A stretch of 64,000 nucleotides of DNA, taken from contig NW_027117347.1 in the NCBI RefSeq assembly GCF_038025025.1, positions 620,001 through 684,000 of the forward strand, written 5' to 3'. Of the stretch, positions 1 to 11,858 are shown piece by piece. This DNA comes from Phyllosticta citribraziliensis (taxonomy: Eukaryota). Under the pieces are notes generated by a model. The model had not been told where the DNA came from. It made no database searches and worked only from the letters and a program-made list of their open reading frames with translations. The stretch's first letter is position 1, and each line of letters begins with the position of its first letter. The position numbers and the translations under genes are program-made.

Positions 1-75
1 ATATTACAGGACACGACATACTTCTTTCTTCTCTTCTTGCGTTGCGGCTGAATGTGTAGTTGTGACTGCCGACAT
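1..75 (-). CDS. Probable first exon of a gene running off the left edge (MSAVTTTHSAATQEEKKE, then intron); product unknown
   Basis: ATG at 75-73, 18 codons to 22, then a GTATGT donor at 21-16 in phase 0. Confidence 0.45.
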
Positions 76-337
76 GTGGGGAGGAGGCTGGGGGGGGGGG
101 AGTGTGCCCTCCCCTGTACTCGGGGAGAGCACCAACAAGATGCGATGATTTGAGTGCGTGATTCTGTCTGTCTGCCTGCCTGTCCGTCTGTCTGCGCCTC
201 GTGGTCCTCAACTGAACAGAACCAGACACTTGGCTTCTCCCTTCTTACCGCAGCAGTCGCCGACGCCCCGTATAGTAATTGTCCTCCAGTGCATATAGCC
301 GAGGTGATGTCGTCATCGACTTTGGGCGCGGATGGTG

Positions 338-371
338 GGTTGGTTGGTTGGTTGGTTGGTTGGTTGGTTGG
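338..371. repeat. (GGTT)8 microsatellite
   Basis: Read directly from the sequence. Confidence 0.9.
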
Positions 372-1519
372 CGAATTGGGTTGGTCGGGTTCATGGGCGT
401 TTCTACTTTTAGCCTTTTCTGTTGTTGGTTGTTTACCGTATGTACAGTACAGTACACATGCGACGGCTTTATTGTCAAGGACTGCGTGACTGGGGGGGGC
501 GGCGGTGGCAGTGCTGCATACGTCACCGTTAAGGTGGCCAAGTCGCCTTTTACCACGTATCTTGTGAGAGAGACGGTGGTTAGATGTGGTGGTGGTGGTG
601 GTGGAGGAGGCATTGGAGTTGGTGTTCTCTCCTCTGGAAACAGCCAGACAGACAAGACAGCCTTGCCGCAGCCCAGGCGCGTCCGTCGCGCGTCAAATGG
701 CATTCGATTCGACTCGAGCCGAGCCGCCAGCGTTGCATCGCATCGTCAACGGTCCGTCCGCCTCCTCCTCCTCCTCCGCGCTCCATATTGTACATTACAT
801 AGTAAAGTACATACATCATCATTGCGTGCTGTCGCGCCAACCCAGCAAACAACACTTCTCCTTGGAACCGACATGTAAAACGGCAAAAGCGAGGACAGAT
901 GAGACAGCACCGTCTACGCGGCGTTTCACCTCGCTGCCCATCACGTCGTATGCGTCCGTTTCGAATCGTTACGAGTGCATCGATGTCTAGTCTTGACGAC
1001 CAACGGAAGAAGGGAAAAAGGGCGACGTAGGCGAAGGGAGTGCGGCTGTTTGTTGTTGGTCGCCGTGTGGTCGCCTGGGAATTTGCGAGGTGTTTGAGGT
1101 TGATTGATGCTGGATGGAGACTGAGGAGAGGATCAACTACCACCCACACCGCACACGGTGCTGCAATGGGATGGGATGGGCGCTGCGCTGGTGTTGATTG
1201 GTGGAAGGGCGAGTTGCTTGTTTGTCCGGTTGCGCGGCGTCCTCTCTGCAATTAAGGCAAGGCAGTTGGTCACTCTCTTGTCCATCCATGGATGATGAAA
1301 TGCGGACGGACGTCTCGCGTACTCATACACACTGTACGCGACTTGACAACGACGCGCCCTGACACTTTGGCTGCGCCTTCGTGCGTCCAGTCCTGCACTC
1401 CTGCAGGCACCGCGCGTCATTCTTGCCAGTGGAGACAACGGTCGCGGTCTTGATCAAGAAGAAACAAACACCTCTGCGGTTCTCGAGAGCAGAGTCCGAG
1501 TCCAACCCCGTAACCTAAC

Positions 1520-2285
1520 CTATGACCCTCGATCCAGCACATCCATCAGCCGCACGTTCCTGATCCGACAGCTCATAAGCAGAGCGTCGGCAGCGCAGCC
1601 CAACTCGCGCCGCGCCAGCTCCAAGTCGTCTTCGTAGCTGCTACTGTCGTTGCTGTGGTGCTGCCCGCGCATCGCCGCCATGATGGCTGCCGCCTCGGCG
1701 CACGACATTTCCTGCCCGCTGGCCGTGTCGCTGCCGTGAAGTGTCGAGGTGTGGATGGTCTGGTGGTCGTAGGCGTGCGGGAGATGCGGTTGAGTCGTAG
1801 CAGCGGCAGCGGCAGCGGGCTCGACGGTGTTGAGGGGGCTCTGTGGGATGGAGGTCTGCGCGCCGGCGAAGGCGTCTGTTATGGTGCTCGTGTATGAAGT
1901 CGCTCTCGTCATTGATGTGACTCCACCACCGCAGCCCACCATCTCCTCAATCCCCACACTCCTCTGCTCCCCCAGAAATCTGTCAACTTCATATCGAGAG
2001 ACGCCACGCTGTGCCAGCAGTTCGCGCAGCAGGCGATTCTCATGCGCAACGGCGCGCGCCGCCTGCTGGACCGCCGCCGTGGCCTGCACGCCGTGCTGCT
2101 CGTATGCTAGCAGCTTTGCCTGCAGCTGAGCGACGTGTTCCTTTTGTTGGGCGCGCGAGCGACGCTGGTTGTCGCGCTGGCGGATGGATGGCGGGATGGC
2201 GGATTTCTGTGGTGGTGGAGCTGTGAGGTGAGTGGGATAGATGCGTGGTTAGGTTTGGGGAGGGTGGACGGACTTTGCGTGCCAT
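1520..2285 (-). CDS. Small fungal bZIP transcription factor with Cys-containing C-terminus; exons 2285-2274 and 2206-1520
   Basis: Spliced MARK|KSAIPPSIRQRDNQRRSRAQQKEHVAQLQAKLLAYE...VAHENRLLRELL is a basic region plus zipper; intron 2273-2207 (GTCCGT...CAG) restores the frame of ORF 1520-2089. Confidence 0.85.
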
Positions 2286-2641
2286 GGATTCCGGCGGACA
2301 GGAGATGCTGAATGGAGCGAGGTGGATGATCGGCGCGGTCCTTTGCGTCTGCTGTGTGTTCGCTCGATTTAGAGGATTGCTTTGCGGCCGCGATGCTGTC
2401 TCCAGCGGGGGCAACTACATCACTAGCTCAAAGACCCTGTGCTCCGCCGCCAGCCAATCAGAGTCAATCAGTGACAGCTCTATTCGATGTCGGCCATTCC
2501 ATGACCACCACTTCACGCTTGCTCAAGAAATGCTAGATTCCAGAAGCTTTTCCTTTTCACTCCTGAACAACCCCCTTTTCCAAGCTCATTTGACCAATCT
2601 TTTACCAACTTCGTCATCCCACTCAACACTAGACCAGCACC

Positions 2642-4040
2642 ATGACCCCATCAGAACTGCCCATCGAGGCGAGCACTCCCGCCAACACCAAAGCTCACAG
2701 CACCTCGATGACCGCTTCGCCAGCGCTTGATACCGAGAAGCTGGAGCCCACATCTCGAAACGACGAGAACAAAAAGACATCGGCCTTCCAATCGCTCGGC
2801 TACCTCGACCGCTTCCTCGCCGCATGGATCCTGCTCGCCATGGCCGTCGGCATCCTCCTGGGCAACTTTGTCCCCGCAACTGGCCGCGCGCTGCAAAAGG
2901 GCGAGTTTGCTGGCGTGTCGGTTCCAATCGGTACGTACATTTGGCCGGGGTGGCAGTGTCGACTCAGCATTGGCCGACGTATTTTGCTGTGACAAGCTTG
3001 CTGATGGAGGAACGTCTTCGTGTTTGTTCTAGCGGTCGGTCTGCTCGTCATGATGTACCCGATCCTGTGCAAGGTGCAGTACGAGACGCTGCATCGCGTC
3101 GTGCGGCAGCGCGGCCTGTGGATCCAGATAGGCTTCAGCGTGGGCGTGAACTGGATCATTGCGCCGCTGCTCATGGTAACCTACCTATACACACCACCCG
3201 ACCCATCTCCCACCCCCAACACCAAAATAAAAACTCCAAGTCCGGACAGTAAGCTGATCAACGAGGACGCACCGTCAGCTCGGCCTCGCCTGGGCCTTCT
3301 TGCCCGACAAGAGCGCCCTGCGCACCGGTCTGATACTCGTGGGCTTGGGCCGCTGCATCGCCATGGTGCTCGTCTGGAACAGCCTCGCCGGCGGCGACTC
3401 CGACTACTGCGCCCTGCTCGTCGCCGTCAACTCGCTCCTGCAAATGCTGCTCTTCGCGCCGCTCGCCGTGCTCTTCGTCCACGTCATCGGAGGCCACTCC
3501 GGCACTGATGCTGGCCTCTCTGGTGGCAGTGCCTCCTACTCCACCGTCGCCACCAGCGTCGCCGTCTTCCTCGGCATCCCGCTGGGCGTCGCCGTGCTGA
3601 CGCGCGTCGTGCTGCGGCGCGTTGCCGGCGGCGCGTGGTACGACGGCGTGTTTCTGCGGTACGCGGCGCCGTGGAGCCTGCTGGGGCTGCTCTACACGAT
3701 CCTGGTCCTCTTCGCGTCGCAGGGCGCGCGTGTCGTGCAGCAGATTGTGGCCGTGGTGCGCGTCGCGGCGCCGCTGGTCGTCTACTTCGCCGTCATCTTC
3801 TTCTTGACTTTGTGCGTGGCACGGAGGCTAGGGTTTGGGTACGGCCTCGCCGTGACGCAGAGCTTTACGGCTGCGAGCAATAACTTTGAGTTGGCTATCG
3901 CTGTGGCGATTGCGACGTTTGGTCCCGCGAGCGATGAGGCGCTTGCTGCTACCGTTGGCCCGCTGATTGAGGTGCCGGTGCTGCTTGCGTTGGTTTATGT
4001 GGTCAAGTGGCTTGGGAACAGATGGGGTTGGAAGGATTAA
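2642..4040 (+). CDS. ACR3: Arsenite efflux transporter, ACR3 family; exons 2642-2930, 3033-3175, 3279-4040
   Basis: Motifs LDRFLAAWILLAM, GLLVMMYPILCKV, GRCIAMVLVW (conserved Cys), FTAASNNFELAIAVA, GPLIEVPVL; introns 2931-3032 and 3176-3278 join three ORFs in frame. Confidence 0.95.
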
Positions 4041-4407
4041 ATTCGCGGCGTCTGCTTGTTATTGTGTCATCAAAAGTACTTGCATAGTGGGTGTCGAAAG
4101 AAATGAGTCTTCCTGGGTGTAACTGAAAGAGTGGATGACTGCTCCCAAGGCGCAGCTGTCCCAGTGAACGAACTACTAGGTCCCATCTCTCTCGACATCC
4201 ACTATGGCTGCAGCATCAATCATGAACGGATCCAAGAGTTCTTTGAAATTTGCCTACCTCGGCCGCAATTACATGTGCAACACTGTTGTCCAACGTACAT
4301 GTCATCCAAAATGTACAACGCCGGTCCCAAATACTTGCCAACGTGATTACCAAGTCATCAAACAAAGCCTCAATCCAACATGGCTAGACAAAAATATTCC
4401 AAGAGTG

Positions 4408-6311
4408 CTAGTCGCCCTTTGGCGGCGACGGTCTCTTCAAAGGATGTGCCTCGGTATTCAACACGTAGTCGTCCAAGCTGATGACACTGGGCTCCTCGAA
4501 CAGCAGGTAGAAGTACTTGAGCGTCTCAGCGAGCCAAAAGCTCTCCATGCGATCCGCCTTCTCGACCCTTTGCGTCGTGACGTCGTCAAGCGCCGCGTGC
4601 GCAATGGGCGTCCGGGTAAGCTTGACGATGCGGTCAAACATGTCCCAGCCGCGCTCGAGCAGCGTGTCGTTGCCCGTGACGCGGTACAGAACAAACACCG
4701 ACTCGATGGCCTCGGGCCGCAGGATGTAGCGCGGGTCGGCGATTTTGGCGATGCCCTCGCGCAGGTGGTGCTTTTCGAACAGTTCCTCCGCCGAGTGGTG
4801 CGTCGTCCCCGTCTTCTCGACATCGGGCGCGTAGGCCTTTTCGATGGCGTCGCGCCACGTCTCGTAGTCCCAGCCGCACTCGTCTGTCGAATTGCACGGT
4901 ACGGTGTACATTATTTCGGGCATGATGCCGTTGGGGCTGTTGTCGTAGGCCCACAGACAGCCTTGCGTGAGCTGCCAGCCTACGTCGACGTCCTCCTCCG
5001 ACTTGAAGATTTTGCCGCCGACGGCGAACATGCCGCCGGCGAAGCACGTCAAGTGCTGGTTCTTGGGCTCCAGCCACACCTTTTGCGGTGGCGATTTGCC
5101 GTCCGGGCTCACGTCCCCAACCATGAGTACCGAGTCATTTTTGGGGACCATGGGGCGGTACAGCATGTACTTTTTGATTGGCGAAACTGAGTTGGAATAG
5201 AGCTTCTCGTATTGAGGCGTGGCGCCACCAAGGAGTAGATGTTGCTTTGCTACATTAGGACAGTCTTTTCCGAGGGCGGGAAACATACCTTGGGAAGATA
5301 TTCGTACATGGAGTCGGCCATGCCACCAATAGTAAATCCATTATACGACTTGAAGTCGAGCGTCTTGGCGTTCACGACGACTGGCCACATTCCAGGAAGC
5401 TTAGTCTGGCTCTGCTGCTCTTCGAGAAGATTCATGATCCTCGCAATGGCATCGTAGTACTTTGGGTCTCCGGTGGCCTGGCTCAGGCGTGTAAACTCCA
5501 AAGTCAAAGAACCAATCTCGGCCAGGAGCACGGTGTCATCGGCCTCCTGCTTTGCGCCCTCTGCTGCGTCCTTGAACTTCCAACGGGTGAGGGGCATGCG
5601 GTTGGGCGTGTCAAATGCCTTGTACAGCATTTCGCCCATCTCTTTTGCCTTTTCCAACAGGGAAGGGAATTTCCCGCCGCTGACATCGTACGCTGCCAGG
5701 AACCCACCAAGGTAGCGAATGGTCGTCTCAAAGACATTCAACTCGTCGAGAGAGCAAGTGCTGAAGTCTATCAGTTCAATGTCTTTCAACGAGTCTTGGA
5801 ATTCTTGGTGCAAGCCCATTATCCACAGCGTGTCGAGAGAGTCGACGAGCGTCGCAGCCCAGCCACCAAAAGTGTTGAGGGTACCGCCAGTGAGCGGCGT
5901 CACCTCGTCGCTGAGCCAGGCCTTTTTCCTGTAGCCAAGCCATGCGTGCTTGAATTCTTCTCTGACGGCGGCGACACGCTTGAGGCGCTTGTCACGTGCT
6001 TCCGATGTTTCATCGTCCGGATTGAATTGGTGCTGGATGCGAGGGATGTCGTTGCCAGGCTTGATCTCGGGCAGCGCAGCAAAGGAAGAGAGAGGGTAAT
6101 GCTGAGTGACGGTGCTCCAGCTGAATTTTGGATGCTTGGAGGCGGGCTCTAGTTTTGTTTGGTCGTCGTCGGACGGGGTCGAAGCGCCGATTGGAGAGGC
6201 GGGCGCCGACGGAGACGGAACGCGCCAATTACGAGGCTGATGCGACAAGTAAAGCACAAAGACGGCGAACGCGCCAATCGCCAGAGAGGCCTTGCGCCTC
6301 GCGGCTACCAT
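4408..6311 (-). CDS. Class I alpha-1,2-mannosidase (GH47) with N-terminal anchor; intron about 5288-5245
   Basis: Motifs FGGWAATLVDSLDTLWIMG, FETTIRYLGG, LAEIGSLTLEFTRLSQ, DSMYEYLPK, HLTCFAGGM, LRPEAIES, MESFWLAETLKYFYLLF, NTEAHP. Confidence 0.95.
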
Positions 6312-7296
6312 GGTGCTGTTCGGCTGGATTGAGTGATGGTTGGTAGAGGGCGACGTTTGAGGTTCAGTTGGATAGGTACTCGACTTGACGACGGGTTAAG
6401 GTGTCGGGTCGTGGCAAGGCCATCCTGCCTTCAATGTGATTGGCAGACGGCCATGGCCATCAAGGGGAGCGTTTGTTGGGCACCATGACGGCTCAGAACC
6501 ACAGGGCCGTCGCTTTTTCCTCATTCTTTCGCACAAGAAGAACAGTTGATGGGATTTTTGCCGTCGACGGTCGCGCATCCGCCAAAGGAATGCCAATGGC
6601 CTGACAGGCAGCTGCAGGTCGGAGCTGACGGGACCTGGGCTGGAGGCAGCAAATGGGAGCGACCACTCATTCACCAACCATCGTTGACCAAGCTCCAGGT
6701 TCTTTGCACACTCTCTACATGTGCTTTCACTGTCCTCCGTCGTGTCCTAGTTTCCTATTCTGTTCCTGCTCCTCCCAGTCCTCTTATTCTGTGCACCCCC
6801 GCTGACCAATCACGCCGGACGGGCAAGACTCCGACCACTCGCCATCTTGGTGACTTTGGACTGGTGTGCCTGGTTGCTCTCCGCTTCCGAGCTATTCTGC
6901 ACCTCTATAGCCGTGAAGCTGACCCATCATTTGCTAGTGCTCGCTGTAGTACATTGCCCGAGAGTCCGCTTCGTGTCGGAGCTGACAAATTCGACGCTGG
7001 ATTCCACGCACCGTCGAAGACGGTAGAGCGTGCTAACCGCCTTTTGGTGGTGCCCGTCTCTCGAATTATCAGCCATTGGCGAATAGGAGTCCAGAATTCC
7101 CAGGTCTTGGGTGCTGCATTTGGTCATGAAGTAGCTAATGTGGATCTCAAAGAGTACACGTACCAACATCTGATGTCACGGATTGCACCTACATAATTGA
7201 CACGGCGTGTCTATATCAAGCCTGGCCAATTCCCCTTCGCCTTCACCAATTCAATCACTTCTCCTTCATCGCAACCAGTGTCTCTCCCAAGCCAAC

Positions 7297-8017
7297 ATGT
7301 CTTCCATCAAGCCTCTCGTCCTCTACTCGCACGCCACGGGCCCCAACCCATGGAAGGTGGCCATCGTCCTCGAGGAGCTTCAAGTACCCTATGAGACCAA
7401 GTTTCTCGACTTTGCGGCCATCAAGTCCGAGCCATTCCTGTCAATCAACCCCAATGGGCGTGTGCCAGCACTCGAGGACTCCAACACGGGCGTCAAAATT
7501 TTCGAGGCATGTGCCGGTTTCAATCCAATGGACGGTGAATCCAACGCTGACGTGTTTGCAGTCTGGCGCCATCATTGAATATCTGATTGAGACTTACGAC
7601 AAGGAAGCCAAGCTGCACTACACGGCTTCTCCCGAAAAGTACCTGGAGCTGTCGTGGCTGCACTTCCAGATGAGCGGACAGGGCCCGTACTGGGGTCAGA
7701 AGGCCTGGTTCACCTACTTCCACTCAGATAAGAACATCACCAGTGCGATTGAGCGCTACGGCAACGAAATCAAGAGGACTCTCGGCGTCATCGACTCGCA
7801 CCTCAAGAAGACGGGCAAGCCCTACCTCGTCGGCGACAAGATCTCATATGCCGACCTCGCTTTTGTCCCCTGGCAAACCGTCTTGGGTTGGTTGATTCCC
7901 GACTATGACGCTTCCAAGGATTTCCCTGAGTGGTCCAAGTGGAACCAGAGCTTGTTGGAGAGGCCAGCTGTGAAGAAGGTCCTGGCCGACAAGGCGGCGG
8001 TTGCGCCGAAGCACTGA
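7297..8017 (+). CDS. Glutathione S-transferase (Ure2p-like); exons 7297-7506 and 7562-8017
   Basis: GPNPWKV, INPNGRVPAL, FE|SGAIIEYL, FQMSGQGPYWGQ, YLVGDKISYADLAF; needs a GC-AG intron at 7507-7561. Confidence 0.93.
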
Positions 8018-11000
8018 GAAGGGGGATAGAAACAACATGAGCCATAATGAATTTGCGATTTTTGCTTTCAAGGTGTGAATTGACTTGGTGACTGACTTTT
8101 GTGGTGCGTACCAGTCGGGAGAGAATGGACCGGCCACAACTTCAACTGAGTGGTCGGTCGCTAAGGATTGCGTAATTTGTGCCCCTCCCCCACACCTCTC
8201 CACACCCTCCTCCTCCGCGCCCTATTCAACTTTACCGCCTGTGCAGCTGCTGATGATTGCTCTCTGACTGTCAACGCAGTGTTTGAATGAGAATCGAATC
8301 TTGCGCCTTGGTATGGTCATTGCGGCAATCACCATCGATCAAGAACACCTGGATGGTCGAGTACTACACTGACAAGGCCACAGCACTGAAACACGCCTCA
8401 TCCAGTGGCCATTCCATGCATGAGTGCAGCTGCAATGCTTTCCGACGTCACTCCAACAGAAACAATCATAATCAGATCAAATCGAAGAACTTCTTGTCGA
8501 AACATCCCCGCTAGCCCTCAGCTCTGTTCTCTGCAACAGCATCACGGCTGGTGTTTCATGCGCCACACGCAGCTGAGATGCTCAACTCTTCTGTTGTCGT
8601 CATCCGAAGCTCACTCGCGCTTTCTTTTTCCCGTCCAACATCCTACCTATCGGTGAGCTGCAAATAGCAATACATCGACAAAGGCCCAAGGACTATCAAA
8701 CATCTACTCAGCATTAGTGAGCTTATCCTCGACCGAGCATTCCCGATCACAAACATCGACATGGCGTAGACCACTGGCGGCAGTGCCGCAGTGAGAAGTG
8801 TGCACACCGGAGATGCCACTACGGCGATACAGCTTCCCAAAACTGCACTTCTACAAGCATATCGCCGCAGTTTACGTGGGATGGTGGCCATTGTAGCTTC
8901 TGGGACTTGCACTCTGGTCAATCACGCTGGAAACCTTTCTCAAGATCGATAAGAAGTCAGCAAAAGATTGGCCAGATACGTCGCACGGAAACTGTTGTAG
9001 GAGACGACGCCTCCTGCAGATGCAACAAACAGATTCAAGTCACACAGCTACCCAAGATCGCAAATGTTCCCGAAGCTCAACACTCGCGCATGCAGGTGCT
9101 TGCGACATCCAGCCCTAGTCTTGTTTCATACAAGCTCACGGCGATTGCTTCTCTGTCTATTGATAACCAGGACAGGAAGGGTAGCGGACACAACCTCTAT
9201 ATGTTTCCAGTCGCGTACGGCAGTCCAATCACAGACCACGTCACAGCGCATGCACATTCGCCATCCACTCTCAAAGTTTGCAAGACCTGCGGGCTTGGTG
9301 CGAGGTCGGCTCATTTTTCTCCAGGTCGGCATCGGTACAGGAGTCTCGGGGGTGATCACAATCAAGTCGTAGCCGATCCCATCAGCAGCAAGCCGGTCGT
9401 CCCGGCCTTCGAGGTGAGTTTCCAGCCTCCGTATGGCCGCGATGCCCCCGTTTTACTGTGATCGCTGCAACAAAGTCCGTAAAGCATCCCACGTGCGGAT
9501 GGATCGTCATAGTCTCGGCATTGTGACTGGCAGGCGCCTGGGCGTCCTTGTCGCTATCACCAACCACCAGACAGGGGGCGGCTACAACCACCAACTCGGA
9601 TTCAAACAAGCGCCACAGCATCACACGGAATGCCGACCTGGATTCTGGGTCCGAATGGTTGCAGAAGGAAAACTGGAGCACCCAAGGTCTTTGGCGCAGC
9701 CGAAGCAACAAGGCACCGCGCGGAGCTGGGTCGTCCCGGAAGTTTACAAGAAAGCACACAAGTGGCTGTCATGGCTTGCGAGATGTACCTTATCAAGCTG
9801 ATGGAAACGGCCGAGCCAAGAACCCCCCACGGGCCGAATACCCTTTTACGATTAAGGTTGACCCAGACATCTAAAAAATAAGGTTATGGAGGCGCCGGGC
9901 GCCGCGCCCCTGCAGCTGGCGCCTTGAGGCAGGTGCAAGAGAATTTGTCGCCGTCGGAGGCCTTCCAGCACCAGGGAACATAGGCGCTCTAGCCACTTGT
10001 TTCAACAAAGTCGCTGTGAAGTCCAGGTCCCGCCATGACGAACAAACTGGACATTCTCCAATGACGATTGAGCCGTCCATCACCGACTTTTGTCCCTCGC
10101 ACGGCGGCCCATGCGCTCACTGCTGATACCTGCCTATCTAAGGTCCGCCGCAGACGAGGGTAAAAATCTCATCGCGACCTCTCACTCATGGACCTGACTA
10201 TCATTCTTAGGCGGCGCCTGCCGCCCGACTCGCCTCGGGGATGGTGCTTGACACCGCCATTCTCAGCTCGGCGCAGATTTTGAGACAACAACTGACATCA
10301 TCAACGGCTCGACGTTGGACAGACAAAAGCACGTTTTTCCCGCCCTTTTTTCCGCCTTTGATTGTTGCCCGTCTGTGGGGTCAATATAGGTACACGGATC
10401 TCCGGGAGACATTCCGCCGTGGCATGTTGACCCGTCTCTAGCGCTTGCAGGTTTGCTGTTGGCCGTTCGGTGGTGGTCTAGTGCGCTCGGTGGCTTGAGA
10501 GGCTTCTGCTCGGCCGTGCACAGTCCCAACCTCACCGAAGACAACAACACCGCAAAGAGTCCGGCCACCATCAAAGCCTGACGCAGTCAACAGCATCGTG
10601 TTCGCAAGGCACCTCGCTTCGACTGAATATTCGAGTGTAAAATTTCCGAGAGGGTCCTCCTGGCACCTGAATGCTGTGCCTGACTACAGGGCTGTAACGC
10701 GACGTCAGTCATGACTTTTCAGATGGTCTCTGGGAGGGTCTCCAAAAGCCAATAGTAAGCTTATCAGCTTCAAGCATAACAGGGATCCGAGCGGGAAGCC
10801 AGGATGTGATGCAGGAGAAGTTGAAAAAACAACAAACTCTGTCCATGGGACAAACAAATCACGACCTGAGGGATGCTCTGCAGTTGAGCGGCTTCGTCTT
10901 ACGATCACCGTCTCAAAAGCAACATGGTGCAAGCCAAGCTGCAGTGGGCGTCTGCAAGAGCCAGGCGCGCAAGTCTTTCTGCATAAGGCGGAAGTGACAG

Positions 11001-11267
11001 GCATTGGGTCCAGTGTGTGTGTCCCATCTATGCCCCCACATCATGAGCGAATTCTGCTCCAGCTGTCGGCGATCTGCTCACAACAGCCAGCAACGTGCCA
11101 GGCCCGCCGCTTTCGCTGAGCACCGATGGGCACCAGCACACCCCATTGGCAATGGCCAGCACATGGAGCGGTGGAGTCTGCGCCGCATCCATGCCACTCT
11201 GAGCCCGCCCACGAGCGGAGCCTTGGCTGAATCAAGCCCTTTTCCTACACCTGGTTGGCCCGCTCTG

Positions 11268-11274
11268 GTATAAA
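11268..11274 (+). promoter_or_regulatory. Putative TATA box of the secreted repeat protein gene
   Basis: TATAAA about 180 nt upstream of ATG 11451, followed by a pyrimidine-rich leader. Confidence 0.4.
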
Positions 11275-11450
11275 GGACATTCCGCCCTCAAACTCCGCCT
11301 CACCGTATCGTTGTCATCGTCAATCGCTTTCACATAGGTGATATACATTCATCACCAGACGTCCACTCTCTCTCTCACGGACGCTCCTTTCACGACCCAC
11401 AGCCATCCAATCCTTGGAAGTTGATCAATCTACACAAAAGAACAGCAAAA

Positions 11451-11858
11451 ATGCAATTCTCCACCATCGTCGCCCTTCTCGCCACCACGGTTGCTGCGGC
11501 GCCCTTCAACAGCACCATTGAGGCCCGTGGCTTGAACGAGACCTCTGCCCTCCTCCCCCGTGGCCTCAATGTCACGCGCATCGTCGAGTCTCGCGGCTTG
11601 AACGACACCTCCGTCCTCCTCTCCCGTGGCCTGAACGACACCTCCGTCCTCGTTGGCCGCAGCGCCAACGTCACTGTCCGCAGCTACAACGCTACGAAGA
11701 GGGGCGAGTCCGCCAGCTTCCCTCACGTCAACCTCCCGAAGCCCGTCTCTGGCATCTTCGAGGGCAACAAGAACATTCACGCCTTGCCCAACAAGACCAC
11801 GAACGATGTCAAGAGGTCCTACGGCAGCTTTGGCACCGGTACGCCATTCCGCGCGTAA
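11451..11858 (+). CDS. Secreted protein with tandem R-G-L-N-x-T repeats; may extend through intron 11839-11978 into ORF 11979-12340
   Basis: Signal peptide MQFSTIVALLATTVAAAP; CAAAATG start context; four RGLN(E/V/D)T units; strong C-ending codon bias; GTACGC donor and CAG acceptor keep the frame. Confidence 0.75.
   Translation: MQFSTIVALLATTVAAAPFNSTIEARGLNETSALLPRGLNVTRIVESRGLNDTSVLLSRGLNDTSVLVGRSANVTVRSYNATKRGESASFPHVNLPKPVSGIFEGNKNIHALPNKTTNDVKRSYGSFGTGTPFRA

Noticed and set aside
1292..1362. ATGATGA...CTGA resembling C/D snoRNA boxes
   Set aside because: No terminal stem or recognisable rRNA guide; expected by chance
154..1500. Several overlapping ORFs with WLVG/PTNQ and poly-Gly/Pro runs
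   Set aside because: Translations of (GGTT)n, (GGT)n and (CCT)n simple repeats in intergenic DNA
4204..5190. 328-aa plus-strand ORF
   Set aside because: Antisense shadow of the GC-rich GH47 coding sequence; no motifs
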